A stretch of 64,000 nucleotides of DNA from positions 70,013 through 134,012 of the IMG/VR virus record IMGVR_UViG_2934543808_000001. One strand, written 5' to 3'. The notes below the pieces were generated by a model, which saw only the letters and a list, made by a program, of their open reading frames with translations, did no database searches and was not told the DNA's origin. Of this stretch, positions 56,701 to 61,566 are shown piece after piece. Each line of letters starts with the position of its first letter. Within the stretch, counting starts at the first letter, position 1. Origin of the DNA: a virus. Lineage: Duplodnaviria; Caudoviricetes. A program made the translations under genes and the position numbers.

Positions 56701-58843
56701 CGACGGGGCGGCCGTCCTCCGGCGGCTGGTACTGCGGGGCGGTCTGCTCCTGCTCGGGGGAGCCGAAGGTTACCCGGCTGCGATCTTCGGCAGACTCACC
56801 TTCGGCATCTCCTTCTCCTCCGTCCCGGGCTCCTTCTCCAGGCTGTACAGCTTCTCGTCCAGGGCCTTCTCCCTCGCCCGCAGCGTCGCCATGTGAATCA
56901 GCCCCATCGCGTCCCGGAAGTCCGCCCCCGGCTCCGGCTCCTCCCGGAAGTCGTCCCGGTACTCCGCGATCAGCTCCTCGATCTCCGCGCTCTCCTGCGC
57001 GAAGAACCTCTCCGGCGGCGTCGTCTCCGCCAGCGTCGCCAGCGCCTCCGGCCGGTACGTCTCCCAGAACGCCTTCACCAGCGCCTTGTACCCGCTCACT
57101 CTGCTCCTTCTGGTCGTCGCGCTGGCCGTCGGCCGGCTGCGGGGTCACATCTTCACCCGGCACGCCCGCAGTGGGGGTGTCGGGGGCGGTCTCGGGGTTT
57201 TGACGCTGCTCTTCGTTCGGTTCGTCGCGGCGGCGGCCGAGGCGGGCCGCGGCGCTGTCGGTGGCGCCGCGCTCGCGGTCGAACTGGCCGGCGAGCTGCC
57301 AGATGGCGCGGCCGGACCGCTGGTCGTCCTTGTCGCGGAACTCAATCAGCTCGGCGTTCAGGCGGGGGCCGCCCCAGTCGACGGTGCGGCCGTCCGCGTG
57401 GCGGAGGTTGCTCGCCAGGAACAGGGTGAACCGGTCGGCGGTGTCGCGGTCGCCGAAGTGGCCGTAGGTGTGGAGGCCGCGGTTGCCGAGGCTCGACAGG
57501 CCGCGGCCGGTGCCGGCGGCGCGCACCTCGTAGCGGTAGTCGTCGTCGCGGGTGGTGTCCTCCACGATGGCGAAGCCGCGGTGGTCGGCGAGGTGGAGCT
57601 TGTACTTCGGGTCGTTGGCGTACCGGCGCATCACGTCGCGCTGGCCTTCGGGGGTGTCGTCGCTGCCGCCGCGCTTCCAGAACTCGTGCAGCTCGGCATC
57701 GTTGCGCGGGCGGCCCCGCTCGTCGCCGAATTTCTGCGGGCCGACGTGCCCGACGGCGATGTTCGAGGCGGGGGCGCCGGAGCGGTCCGCGACCTGCTGG
57801 GCGGCCTGCGCGAGGGGACTCTTCGGCGGCGTCTGGGTCGGGGCGGCGGGCTTCGTGCGGGAGGTGGCGCCCTCACGCTTCTTGGCGGCCCGCTGGGCGA
57901 AGCGCTGCCGGGACTCGGCAGCCAGCCGGCCGGCCTTCTCCAGGCCGTCCGGGGTGTTGAGCCGGTCGAAGGACGCGGGGTCGTTCCAGTCGATGCGTTC
58001 GCCGTCGACCTCGAAGGACTCCATGTTGTTGGCGAAGTCGATCGCTTCGCCCTTGCGGTCGGAGATGATGAGGCGCACGCCGGTCTCGGTGTGCATGACG
58101 CCCCAGCCGGCCTGCTCACCGTTCTTCGTGCGCCACGTGGTGTGGCCGACGACGAAGTGGCCGTTGCGGGAGAGCTGGGGCTTGTCCAGCTTGTCGAGCA
58201 GTTCGGTCGTGAACTTGTTGTGGCTGTCCTGCGCCTTCTCGTCCTTGGTGAAGGCGCGGACCTTGCCGCTGGCCCAGTGGGCGCGGACGTCGTCCAGGGT
58301 CTTGAAGCGGCGGTTCGGGTCGCGGCGGGCACGCTTCGCGGCGGGCTTCGGCTCGGGCTCGTCGTCCGGCTCGTCGTCGTCCGGCTCCGGGCCCTGGCCG
58401 AGGTCTTCGCCGTCGATGTCCTCCCCGATGTCCTCGCCCTGGTCGTCCTGGTCGTGGGGGTCGTCGGAGGTGTCGCCCTGGTCGCCGGCGTCGTCGTCGT
58501 TCAGGCCGGTGCCGCGGCGGCCGTCGGAGAGGCGGCGCTCGTCCTCGTCGCGGACCTTCTTCTTGCTCTTGGTGGGGGCGGTGCCGTCCGGCCGGGCGAC
58601 CATCGTCAGGCGGGAGCCGTGAACGGTGGACTGCTGGTGCGTGGTCAGGTTCTCGACCAGCACGTTCCGGCCGCCGAGGGAGCGCACGACCCGGGCCAGG
58701 CCGCCGCCCCAGAGCCGCGCGATGCCGCCCGTCTCGATGAATCGGCCCTTGGAGTCACGCGGATGCAGATCGGGGTTCCAGGGGCGGCGAGCCTTGGCTT
58801 CAAGGCGAGCGGCGAGACGGTCAGCGGCGTTCGTGATCTGCAT
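38729..58843 (-). CDS. Giant 6,704-aa polyvalent protein: DarB-like N6-adenine MTase + SNF2 helicase, UvrD-like SF1 helicase, repeat domains
   Basis: MTase: VLEPGSGSGNF, GNVPF. SNF2: HEVGAGKT, VDEAH, ATATPISN, QRNGRIIRQGN. SF1: ALAGTGKS, DEAQD, VGDSNQAIYGFRGA, TAHKAKGLE, YVAVTRA. N-terminal WNPDLHPRDSKGRF. Start set from the promoter geometry. Confidence 0.88.
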   Translation of the reverse strand: MQITNAADRLAARLEAKARRPWNPDLHPRDSKGRFIETGGIARLWGGGLARVVRSLGGRNVLVENLTTHQQSTVHGSRLTMVARPDGTAPTKSKKKVRDEDERRLSDGRRGTGLNDDDAGDQGDTSDDPHDQDDQGEDIGEDIDGEDLGQGPEPDDDEPDDEPEPKPAAKRARRDPNRRFKTLDDVRAHWASGKVRAFTKDEKAQDSHNKFTTELLDKLDKPQLSRNGHFVVGHTTWRTKNGEQAGWGVMHTETGVRLIISDRKGEAIDFANNMESFEVDGERIDWNDPASFDRLNTPDGLEKAGRLAAESRQRFAQRAAKKREGATSRTKPAAPTQTPPKSPLAQAAQQVADRSGAPASNIAVGHVGPQKFGDERGRPRNDAELHEFWKRGGSDDTPEGQRDVMRRYANDPKYKLHLADHRGFAIVEDTTRDDDYRYEVRAAGTGRGLSSLGNRGLHTYGHFGDRDTADRFTLFLASNLRHADGRTVDWGGPRLNAELIEFRDKDDQRSGRAIWQLAGQFDRERGATDSAAARLGRRRDEPNEEQRQNPETAPDTPTAGVPGEDVTPQPADGQRDDQKEQSERVQGAGEGVLGDVPAGGAGDAGGDDAAGEVLRAGERGDRGADRGVPGRLPGGAGAGGGLPGRDGADSHGDAAGEGEGPGREAVQPGEGARDGGEGDAEGESAEDRSRVTFGSPEQEQTAPQYQPPEDGRPVVPSGVLARVKANIAAIEVLRRLQDENRPATAAEQETLARWSGWGATPQVFVDTPKPEFEPLQRRLRELLSDAEYEAAQDNTLNAHYTDPAIAQQVWKAVRELGFDGGNVLEPGSGSGNFIGYAPENADMTGVELDPITAGIAKALYPHANIRNEGFEKTRAANGTFDMTVGNVPFGDYQVVDMRHNKGGHNIHNHFILKSLDLTRPGGLVAVVTSRYTMDGDTPRSEDARMEMARKADLVGAIRLPSGAHRRTAGTDVVTDLLIFRRREKDKEFTSGRTRKGEVKPPEQRKQDDPPTWVHTVQVHDLPGQDAEDNEAPKVHVNPYFLDHPRNVIGDMHVGNGMYGPGELRVHVAGDLNEELGYTLKRVVGRAKDARLTYKPDTGERRKVELLSAESDRPDGHVQLESDGTFTQVRDGMVHPFEVPKTQIEEAQQLLGLRDSLKALVREESRPDADEALIETLRADLKSRYDTYNAKFGSVNRFEWSKRKTTDSETGEQVEKAFRKRPPMGGLLTKDPTMAVILSLDSYDENTKTSTPAAIFTKRQARHRTIAERASRPEDAMAIVLEQRGTLDIDALADVMGASPETARERLLAARSKDPETGEEYPLVFEPHDRGNLVPAAEYLSGNVREKLEQAQALAANDSRYEINVKHLEDVLPEEISPGEIDAPMGASWLGRGPIQAFLRDKLNTDAVTVSYQGGSMWRVDAPDAVKNSQAARKVWGTEDFNAVKLAEAILTNGRIRVTYRDEDGKTWVDEDATAAAQTKAEEMREEFQDWLWATQERTEQVKKRYNDLHNNLALRSYDGQRRTMPGLAEWFKPHAHQHAAVARMVSEPAVLLAHEVGAGKTAEMTMGVMELRRLGLVNKAAIVVPNHMLNQFRDEFAELYPESASNGRILAASSDDLQGRKRREFIARVATGDYDAVILTQNAFESIPMRPEVQLEYIKREKEQLEEALKRQKREDQEANPGKRTDSRMVKEIRNRLKKLEAKITAKVEAQKDTAGLYFEDTGIDYVVVDEAHHYKNLTTNSTLPGAAIEGSNRASDLDMKLEYLRKTTKSGRVVTFATATPISNSITEAHTMLRYLRPDLLDKAKVRNFDDFASTYGKVVNGTELAADGSGFREVSRFAAFRNMPELLRIWRTVADVKNSDDLAEYLDTPDVAGGKAVTVSVEPTEGLLAYMDQIAARARAVKRGDVEPTVDNMLKINSDGRKVSLDPRMVGIDEQGAKLPAAADNIARIYADTKDAVYPTSKNNPTPHETPGGLQIVFLDMGTPVDPGKSKKKKGKTEGPADMEELGQSKFPAYQELKDLLIERGVPAEKIRFIHEAKNDVEKARLFADARNGKISVLLGSTTKMGVGTNVQLRATALHHLDCPWRPADLEQRNGRIIRQGNFNPEVAIFQYVTEGSFDGFSWQTVARKAKFIRQIMKGNLTERTIEDIPDGVFNAEQVTAISTGNPYLLEQANVKVALGALTRKLKGHMRTIEGYKSTIHAAERLREKTNELTAQLRDVVARKKNTRGDDFNATIGTKDFTKRDEAAQALATAARAVLRQGTENPYKPGGHPEVVIGKVGNIEVTAKYRTTWSNAGRVHLVDIRMPDVPQSLFSYDEKDLKKESTLPITRIEDKLADVEKMIVRLESRLRQEERAAATARERVDRPFEQAAELEAAERRSKLIAAIIKEQGREVSSEDAAKDKRNRMEALEHQLREARLAAGEDAADVDDPAAEQDTDLLPRTPAAPSIGTDEKGRPRITWPDAEARKAAKERKKREKQQRAREERGETTLDPAQVRSDLDGLSEDAPPADNDQQQSEAQPDAPAPSEETTDSVDGDVALNPAQVRAELDDLRPEGGENSDETDETQPAEEEAPQPDDSGETDETEPGEEEAPQPDDEAAAESEQDAAAPESGAPEDESAAPEADQPQEEEPETTEEPEETEGAPAESAETDAPADSGTPSNASPRSRTSGTGGTREPGAPRAPRPADGRERPAPAARPQRQPEPETAPTDMTAEQLGDAIDEIEDQLSPLAESTDPLDLAMRRRLERRQWELEDEERRRWKPEPKYDDNGKLVEPSRGDTVQDRLGGYGLNDAEVQGLVTRVEDLPDAKEGGYSDEEWERISSEASAREDYPPTDEQNIIIEGAARRGLNMAVMALAGTGKSSTLKMLSHRMPGKKIVYLAFNRSVAAEAREAQARGEYAKNMLASTANAYAARVADRRLNDRLPSSKAGGFKKLSAQQIADRMRWYDTVKAGNRDLTPGGAATVAERMIREWAKSADAEMGPQHVRAKTDEERRDLFNAVKPLADRMWANLSDPEAGDPDRDLTMDFDYIVKQWALGGYKIDADTLFWDEAQDVNPVMEGVVRAALDQGVQVVAVGDSNQAIYGFRGASDALAKLPVDARATLTQSFRFGPAVADVGNRFLRLLGTRMRLKGFDRKNSRIEQLHPGEESMVIARTNAGVALAAVQALTAGRTVAVSGGVKALQEFVQAAHALAEGEDTDHAELARFNGMAFDDIVEEVKTDPDLQQLASLFNLLEKHGDDIDALLSSGSRPAATELVGDRVWVRLDWNDPNADGLRRWLGDGKNNGVGKLVYDPATRRYYYEPGKRSVPWKSKTRSGVHKIDNKLSLEEAQQRIDAHLAKLYPQDDSDDGNGRLVPEHEPHDVLVTTAHKAKGLESERVRIADDFKGPEDNDDGNIDWDTIPDDEALRVAYVAVTRATEVLDPGSLGWVFRAVNDDDPTQPPKGEYRRDFKLDDFQAGDQVDFDDEDGTPNIGTVSEIDPPMLTVVSTSDEPGVGGKRQEISPAQVRRRNGQARPLLPAATDEELDQAIAGGRYGSGGTTKLDAQRVRDDLANLNNNDDTNTPAPERNTDAPVPPAETTTPAAAPEQDLPAKDDQVMTPDGLGDVMAVHDGSVLVRGDSSTRVWPLKDVTRPDGTPFGGDRSGEDTKARKNADDIAQASTPEGLELSTGYRLRDLDVEAGHGTIVDADGNTVGWVRARIGDNGRRYWWGQNADGGAPADMQWHEELPNQAGAAPVRAASIVRDGLDFLRQKYTGGTDENGKPEQATRTPVTPDRAITEMTLTPAQVRELSKLTLSGNYDDGTPIDTLPWDPGHRRYSPYSAQAGALAAAAREAAAQQDQSTPEGRRNRKVLLGAASKMEFQQYDSARKAATIPAPGETDHYAQPYKPRAEEPETGTPEAPAAPDVPAAEPFATDGDWRAAMVPVDAAELQVRRAAGRTWANDDTPAGVNLLGRAVLDALAAQEDNDHDEAERYLVAARDHAAGLLATLEDNERQEMEEPLRRFLDVTDTHLARHRATVRRRRAEDQQREEIEEAAGAQIREAIKRSTAPEEPTDDGVDRSEVEGIDQVNEGDYVRVETQDSAGNAVVREGYLLAPPKKITATRDGQSIKAWRLHVGEQGEEPSDGNGVSLLADEKVERLTAPETDQPTVGWKGPDETRETVGERGGKTVEIGEIHVIPAERRFQADEVRRAVYLDGKRIGSLLYNDNKAHFTGGESWRADHTLHGAVGEPWYRSSDFDNAAHAAALIVAESDSEPVLSFPRDVGETARAEPIRRWAGIWAQPQPAGVRNVYLDRAIAHNREGWTASADPWSVMQWISTMADVEPLAQYDENTRRSLEEAPLEGRQFLAGLAEDLRASVSKMGDELRADLRPILMDHIATRAGRKKAAELRNQLVEERAQKVQAAVREQIARARAGAAGHGLSEQQAEDFVVSVVGGDNPDQKSYGIRAQFPEAMRPLNAAVSDSGAYWAAFAGWATQEDSSNWAGMHWANGRRESIGAPMAPFADARTGTGELKIGEAELPKGMRWARGSELRKGDIFHTVKHPRRGTTDGFDGMETPNYVVHTHRGGVEGAVRSVSIDADHGQDRVGPDEWVVLVEKPEPNVRKRATNRARTDINIGWDVPVDDETYELGGPERVKALVARAEVTADDGDKPGLDREWTVRVDGVVIGRIDNTNKDKVLEYVSISPDGERRVWHGKDLATAGLVVAHDKATGRDEQDDDARQDGEPEDREQDSEEEQNQDDDQREGESRSRRRGDRDGAAPDEASGNGGDGGTPSPDAGNDDDHDPDGDGPEDGDEADDSDSEQRRDRRRRRDRDRDKERGERNGGAPNGGLPHLPGRDRDRDRGREDDDRDRSPNTGGPGGLDGLKNRYRSGNNPTPAGADKQEHAAYLRRLANNDTLTLSPGGGLITWSDDDGRTWQFGHAASGMHLAGWEALGEQIGGRDGAVRLADAYEQLRDENGNPIDWSAPELDAQALRAWRDANGNHIGAAIDQARQSVMDAAPGFRRQDGKDDTSTPESDAGRSESSGAQTDGQQPADGAAASNAGSPADSAQGEAADAPEGAADSQYLLNATHGTGRRGGTVDGRRVPTAKEMEQYETGPKGVVSEEGERVLFGSPERMRALAAEGFNPTPVLRLDHDGQIWRDGRLIGTLFAPHLHSSGGSSSDGEWWSEPPFASDLTKFATREAAIAHLVLRDKERGEPDLSVVHPDLAWTMRHTAQSLGFPGKEKPFRGLETLADNPVDLERYYALRALLDELGRGVTPSGNVADDLAHLHDELRWLDATHYKHQKPNLKDKYILGPGWLADQIREDFDVLRPEDPRAQHHDASKNRAAHQFIEELLENGGRNNAVRVPISDIREGDVVELDGRITGFYAGYTGRRLGYVIGEPTKATFKASGVRYKGYRVTVSKDQFEGTRHGANGDTFIIPADGGTALRLAEAEDVTLPFDQHRYGRQIGEGPRTAAADDSSSSSNAPEAERQDDTAVTPAATDTSAPESGTDAPRSEGRTEPAAARTTPVQPPADPAADRPARAEGGGDERRQDAPAGAPDATPEPPAAPEPVGGRPAEWVQVSELQLRDLVRIDGVTKQGKARTLAGHVVGGPKLIPVTKKGRATDMYRVLVADSPDARTGSPVYVMPDAAAARATRDDADQFQGSPQTGADSDVLTGRIADSVPTDARGNGLFPGSLVTDDDGKEGVVTGASANSVRVQFGDDRTDDNHSPTSLNVTDGGAGRPSGWTADGRLVRDGNVVGDRDGNMLGTVESVDGDTATVATPDGMRDLPIADLRVIGDTADGDNDHKVSSVEPAPAGDVQEGDVLVRESPDGPRTARVTGREEEGEQTHLDLEDTTTGETEKVSTASDSEVQRALGADGNPPELGPEDAPASGGEITSHEPAPAVDPVAGPTVDPQLSPEERDAITDRGQAPASDPDAQQGAARVANDLPLTPGQATALAEELREGADSATPEGRTAQRAADHLDAAAGNEPDDVDQPEPGTVGSVGEGDTITLPDEFDPDTMTAYRVVQIQEAPGGVRVLTIEDGDGMRFKRSLASSEPLYQLPDPEAPAADDDAEQRDPNPAPDAGKVRADYADAVVRAVIDSALDGTTTPGSIHQLRQQIAERLTPEALRAGMRRARNGAMAAITDAGFEGQERDDLVQSLRKEAARARTDAVRAAVRTLDDLEPLDGESEEDTASRAADLLRLIPEALRTRAAGGDNTDGEAGVNDDVTQHADDAVGEALQAAADSGELLTPERRAAIVQQLAARMDSSRNATAQRIASRLPEGQRAGILPHIVAGLVAIARRIIALVAAFLKALAKAWRAGRENLRRMRERISRFRQGLMRRIRSWPEARRLRRLAAAGRLPQHTDGLPLGDRVAHWARLLPAPGRFGQVSRRARWYRPTSRSSLAAGQLPEVQDGVRWTMDRSVDGGPGPQALRHLAAVRAAGQDVDTDVVARLSAAAPELGDDPHGTVRHAANYADTAERRLRDLEAAAAGGAPGADLEVAAARVEAQSARQEAARLQQAYAAALPDAVRGTLAEVREMGPGTTATLVTTPDSDPDAVRALTGIAQFVPRDWLSPTEARFLTARGGDAGGYDPASRIATVADLGDDGRRTAAHALLAHLQQHYPDLLAAQEAFHFTRTHSGRVGARRRTSLDRLLARLFRNSNGQGDTGNLVPLGIATLFDGQWYEDDDLRAFLLGLLATR
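56770..57099 (-). CDS. TnpV-like small protein nested out of frame inside the giant gene
   Basis: AAGGAG RBS 4 nt before the GTG; near-total GC3 in this frame; W..YRP..LA.L..PERFF...G.D......L..A.LRAREKAL pattern. Confidence 0.7.
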   Translation of the reverse strand: MSGYKALVKAFWETYRPEALATLAETTPPERFFAQESAEIEELIAEYRDDFREEPEPGADFRDAMGLIHMATLRAREKALDEKLYSLEKEPGTEEKEMPKVSLPKIAAG

Positions 58844-58850
58844 GCGGCGG

Positions 58851-58883
58851 ACCATGCACAACCGAAGTGGTTAGCGTCGCGTC
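58851..58883 (-). promoter_or_regulatory. Late-promoter motif copy (leaderless giant gene)
   Basis: GACGCGACGCTAA; CATGGT 19 nt after GAC and 7 nt before ATG 58843. Confidence 0.55.
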
Positions 58884-58917
58884 CTCACCGGCACGGCAAA
58901 TCGGGACGCCGCGGCGG

Positions 58918-59130
58918 CTACATCGTCTCGGTGAGGATGTGCAGCAGGAACCAGCCGCTGAAGCCGAGCCAGCCAACGGTGAACACGGCCCGGCCGGTCT
59001 TCGAACTGCGGGTGCGGAAGAGCGCCCGGGTGTTCTCGCTGAGGGTGTCGCCCTCCTTCTTGTTGATCAGCGCCCAGGTCTCGAACAGGGCGAAGAGGGC
59101 GGTCCACAGGGCCCAGATGATCCAGCTCAC
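58918..59130 (-). CDS. Small two-TM membrane protein (70 aa)
   Basis: GTG 59130 overlaps the portal TGA; AAGGAG RBS; MSWIIWALWTALFALFETWALINKKEGDTLSENTR...WFLLHI. Confidence 0.7.
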   Translation of the reverse strand: MSWIIWALWTALFALFETWALINKKEGDTLSENTRALFRTRSSKTGRAVFTVGWLGFSGWFLLHILTETM

Positions 59131-61565
59131 GGGGTTTCTCCTTCGGTGCGGTAGCGCAGGCGGCAGCGGCAGTTGGCGGTCAGGTACAGGGGGGCGAGCT
59201 GGTCGCCGGGGTAGCGCATGGGGTAGCCGTCCACGTCGTACGGCTCGGTGACGGGCAAGGTGATCCCGTCGACGTCGGCGTGGGCTTCCCGTACGCGGTC
59301 GTCGCCGCGGGTCACCCAGGTCCGGACGATGTCGGGGCCGATCGCCGCGGCGGTGGCGTCGGCTGCGCCGTTGACGGTGGCGACGGCGGTGCTCTCGGCG
59401 ATGCCGACGGCCGTGCGGGGCCCGATGTCGGCGAAGGCCGTGCGGACGAGCGCCAGCAGGTCCTCGATGTCGCCGGTCACGTCCTGCGCTTGGCCGAGGA
59501 GTCCGCTCAGGGTGTCCAGGAAGTGCCGGGCGGTCTCCTCGGCCGCGTAGACGGCATCGAGCACCGCGGTGGTGACGCGGGCGGCGGCGGAAGCGGGCGG
59601 CTCCGGGGCGCCGAGGGCGGCGGCCGTGCGCTGGGATACCCCGTGCGCGATGCCGGCCAGGACGTGCGCCAGGGTGCCGGAGACCTCGTCCAGCCACCGG
59701 TCGGTGCCGATGATGCGCTCGATGTCCAGTGCCGCGTCCCCGCCGCGGGTGTCGGTCGGGCCGTCGTCCCGCCAGAACCGGGTGCCCTTGCGGGCCTTGG
59801 GGGAGCGCAGGCGAGCGGTGATCACGCCCTTCTGCCGGTCGAACAGCGGGGCGAGGGCTGCGGAGACGGTCTGCATCGCCTGGTCGAAGTCGTCGTCGGT
59901 GACCTCGAAGCCGGTCGGTCCGGACAGGAGCGCCTTGGCTTGGAGGCCGCGGGCCTCGGCGACGGCCGCCGCCGCTTCCCCGGGCATCCGCTGCTCCGTC
60001 TGGCGTGCCGACTCGACGGCCGCGGCTGCTGCGCCCGGCTGCCCGCCGAGGCTGCCGTCTTCGCGGGCAGCGGCGACGGCCGCCGCTGCCGCCCCGGTGC
60101 CGGCCGTGGCCGGGTCTGCGGGCTGGCCTCCCTCGGCGCGGGCCTGAGCGACGGCCGCCGCGGCGTCCCCGCCACCCGGGTCGGCGGGCGGGAGCGGCGC
60201 GTTCGGGTCGCTGCCGGGCGGGAGCTGCCCGCCGGGGGCGTGGGGGTCGCCAGCACCCTGGATGCCCAGTGCTGCGGCGTCCTCCGGCCGGGCGGGGACG
60301 GGCGCTTTCTGCGGGGAGATCCACAGGGCCCGGCTGTGGGGGTTGTTGTAGGCGGGCAGGCCCGCGCGGCGCCGGTACTCGTCGATCGAGATCAGGCCCG
60401 CTTCCCACTCCTCGCGGGCCTCGGCGCGCCGCCGGCGGCGGGGCAGCTCCAGCACCTCGACGCTGCTGGTGTTGAACCGGATGTCGGCTTCCGGGTTGCT
60501 GATGTCGCTCGCGAAGGCGTTGGAGATCATCGCGAGGTGGTCCAGCTCGGTGTGGGACCAGAAGTTGAACTCTTCCTGCTCGGCGTTGTCGAAGGTGCGG
60601 CCGGAGGCGTTGCCGAGGACGCTCTCCGGGACGCCGAACGCTCCCAAGATCTCGATCTTGGCGTTCTGCGCGGCGTGCTCGTACGCCATCTCGCGGGGCT
60701 TGGCCGCCAGGTCGACGTAGTTCATGCCGCCGGGGCCGGCGCCGACGACGGAGACGTGGCCGGCGAATTCGCTGCCGGGCAGGAACCGGGACTCCAGGCG
60801 GTTCATCTCCTGCTCGCTGAGCGAGGTGGTGTCCACGGCGACGATGCCGCCGGGGCGGGCGTCGTTGCGGATGAAAGCCACGTTGTAGAGGCGCGAAAGG
60901 TAGTCCAGCTCGATGCTGACGCCCGCGGCCTCCAGGGGCGTCATGCCGGAAAAAGGATCAGTTGGATGAGGGTCCCGAATCCAGCGGACGCGCTCGGGGT
61001 CCAGCTCACGGACCTCGCCGAACAGGGTGGTGAACTCGAAGTGGGCGATGTACTCGCCGCGAGGGTCGGGGACGGGGATGACCCGGTCGGGCGGGAGGAG
61101 GTCGAGGCGGGTGATGGTGCCGCGGTTGCTCCTGGTCACCTCCACGAACGCGCCCCGCTTGGACAGCAGGATCTGAGCGGAGAGGCGCTTGCGGAACTGG
61201 GCGCCCGTCTCGACGGGGTTCGCCCGGCCGTTGAGGACCCGGAGGAGCGGGTCGTCCTCGATGACCTGCTCGAACTCGCCGTCTTCGGAGAGGCCCATCC
61301 CGATCTCGATGGGGAGGCGGCCGGCGTGCTTGCTGATCGTCTCGATGGCCTTGTAGACCCAGATGACGCGCTCGTAGCCCTCGGTCACGACACGGTCGAG
61401 GTCCCAGCCGTCCGCGCGGCCCTCGGTGGACCACACGTTGGAGGTGCCCGCGTAGGTGGTGGAGGCGTAGCCGCCGGTCCACGAGAGGTTCTTGGTCTCG
61501 GGCTCGGCCTCGGGGCGCTCGGGGATGAGCGACCGGAGAGCGGGGAGCCAACGGCGCTTGGCCAC
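59127..61565 (-). CDS. Portal protein fused to a MuF (minor head) domain
   Basis: WVYKAIETIS, GMTPLEAA, NDARPGGIV and ILGAFGVPESVLG (HK97 portal); C-terminal WVTRGDDRVREAH...YPGD...NCRC (MuF). Confidence 0.9.
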   Translation of the reverse strand: MAKRRWLPALRSLIPERPEAEPETKNLSWTGGYASTTYAGTSNVWSTEGRADGWDLDRVVTEGYERVIWVYKAIETISKHAGRLPIEIGMGLSEDGEFEQVIEDDPLLRVLNGRANPVETGAQFRKRLSAQILLSKRGAFVEVTRSNRGTITRLDLLPPDRVIPVPDPRGEYIAHFEFTTLFGEVRELDPERVRWIRDPHPTDPFSGMTPLEAAGVSIELDYLSRLYNVAFIRNDARPGGIVAVDTTSLSEQEMNRLESRFLPGSEFAGHVSVVGAGPGGMNYVDLAAKPREMAYEHAAQNAKIEILGAFGVPESVLGNASGRTFDNAEQEEFNFWSHTELDHLAMISNAFASDISNPEADIRFNTSSVEVLELPRRRRRAEAREEWEAGLISIDEYRRRAGLPAYNNPHSRALWISPQKAPVPARPEDAAALGIQGAGDPHAPGGQLPPGSDPNAPLPPADPGGGDAAAAVAQARAEGGQPADPATAGTGAAAAAVAAAREDGSLGGQPGAAAAAVESARQTEQRMPGEAAAAVAEARGLQAKALLSGPTGFEVTDDDFDQAMQTVSAALAPLFDRQKGVITARLRSPKARKGTRFWRDDGPTDTRGGDAALDIERIIGTDRWLDEVSGTLAHVLAGIAHGVSQRTAAALGAPEPPASAAARVTTAVLDAVYAAEETARHFLDTLSGLLGQAQDVTGDIEDLLALVRTAFADIGPRTAVGIAESTAVATVNGAADATAAAIGPDIVRTWVTRGDDRVREAHADVDGITLPVTEPYDVDGYPMRYPGDQLAPLYLTANCRCRLRYRTEGETP

Positions 61566-61566
61566 G

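Noticed and set aside
38594-59251. Very long + strand ORFs (1524, 1016, 1513, 1765 and 721 aa)
   Set aside because: Antisense shadows of the giant gene caused by high GC3; no recognisable motifs.
58918-60408. 496-aa ORF overlapping the portal gene
   Set aside because: Only the last 70 codons (from GTG 59130) look coding; the rest is an Arg-rich off-frame read of the portal gene.
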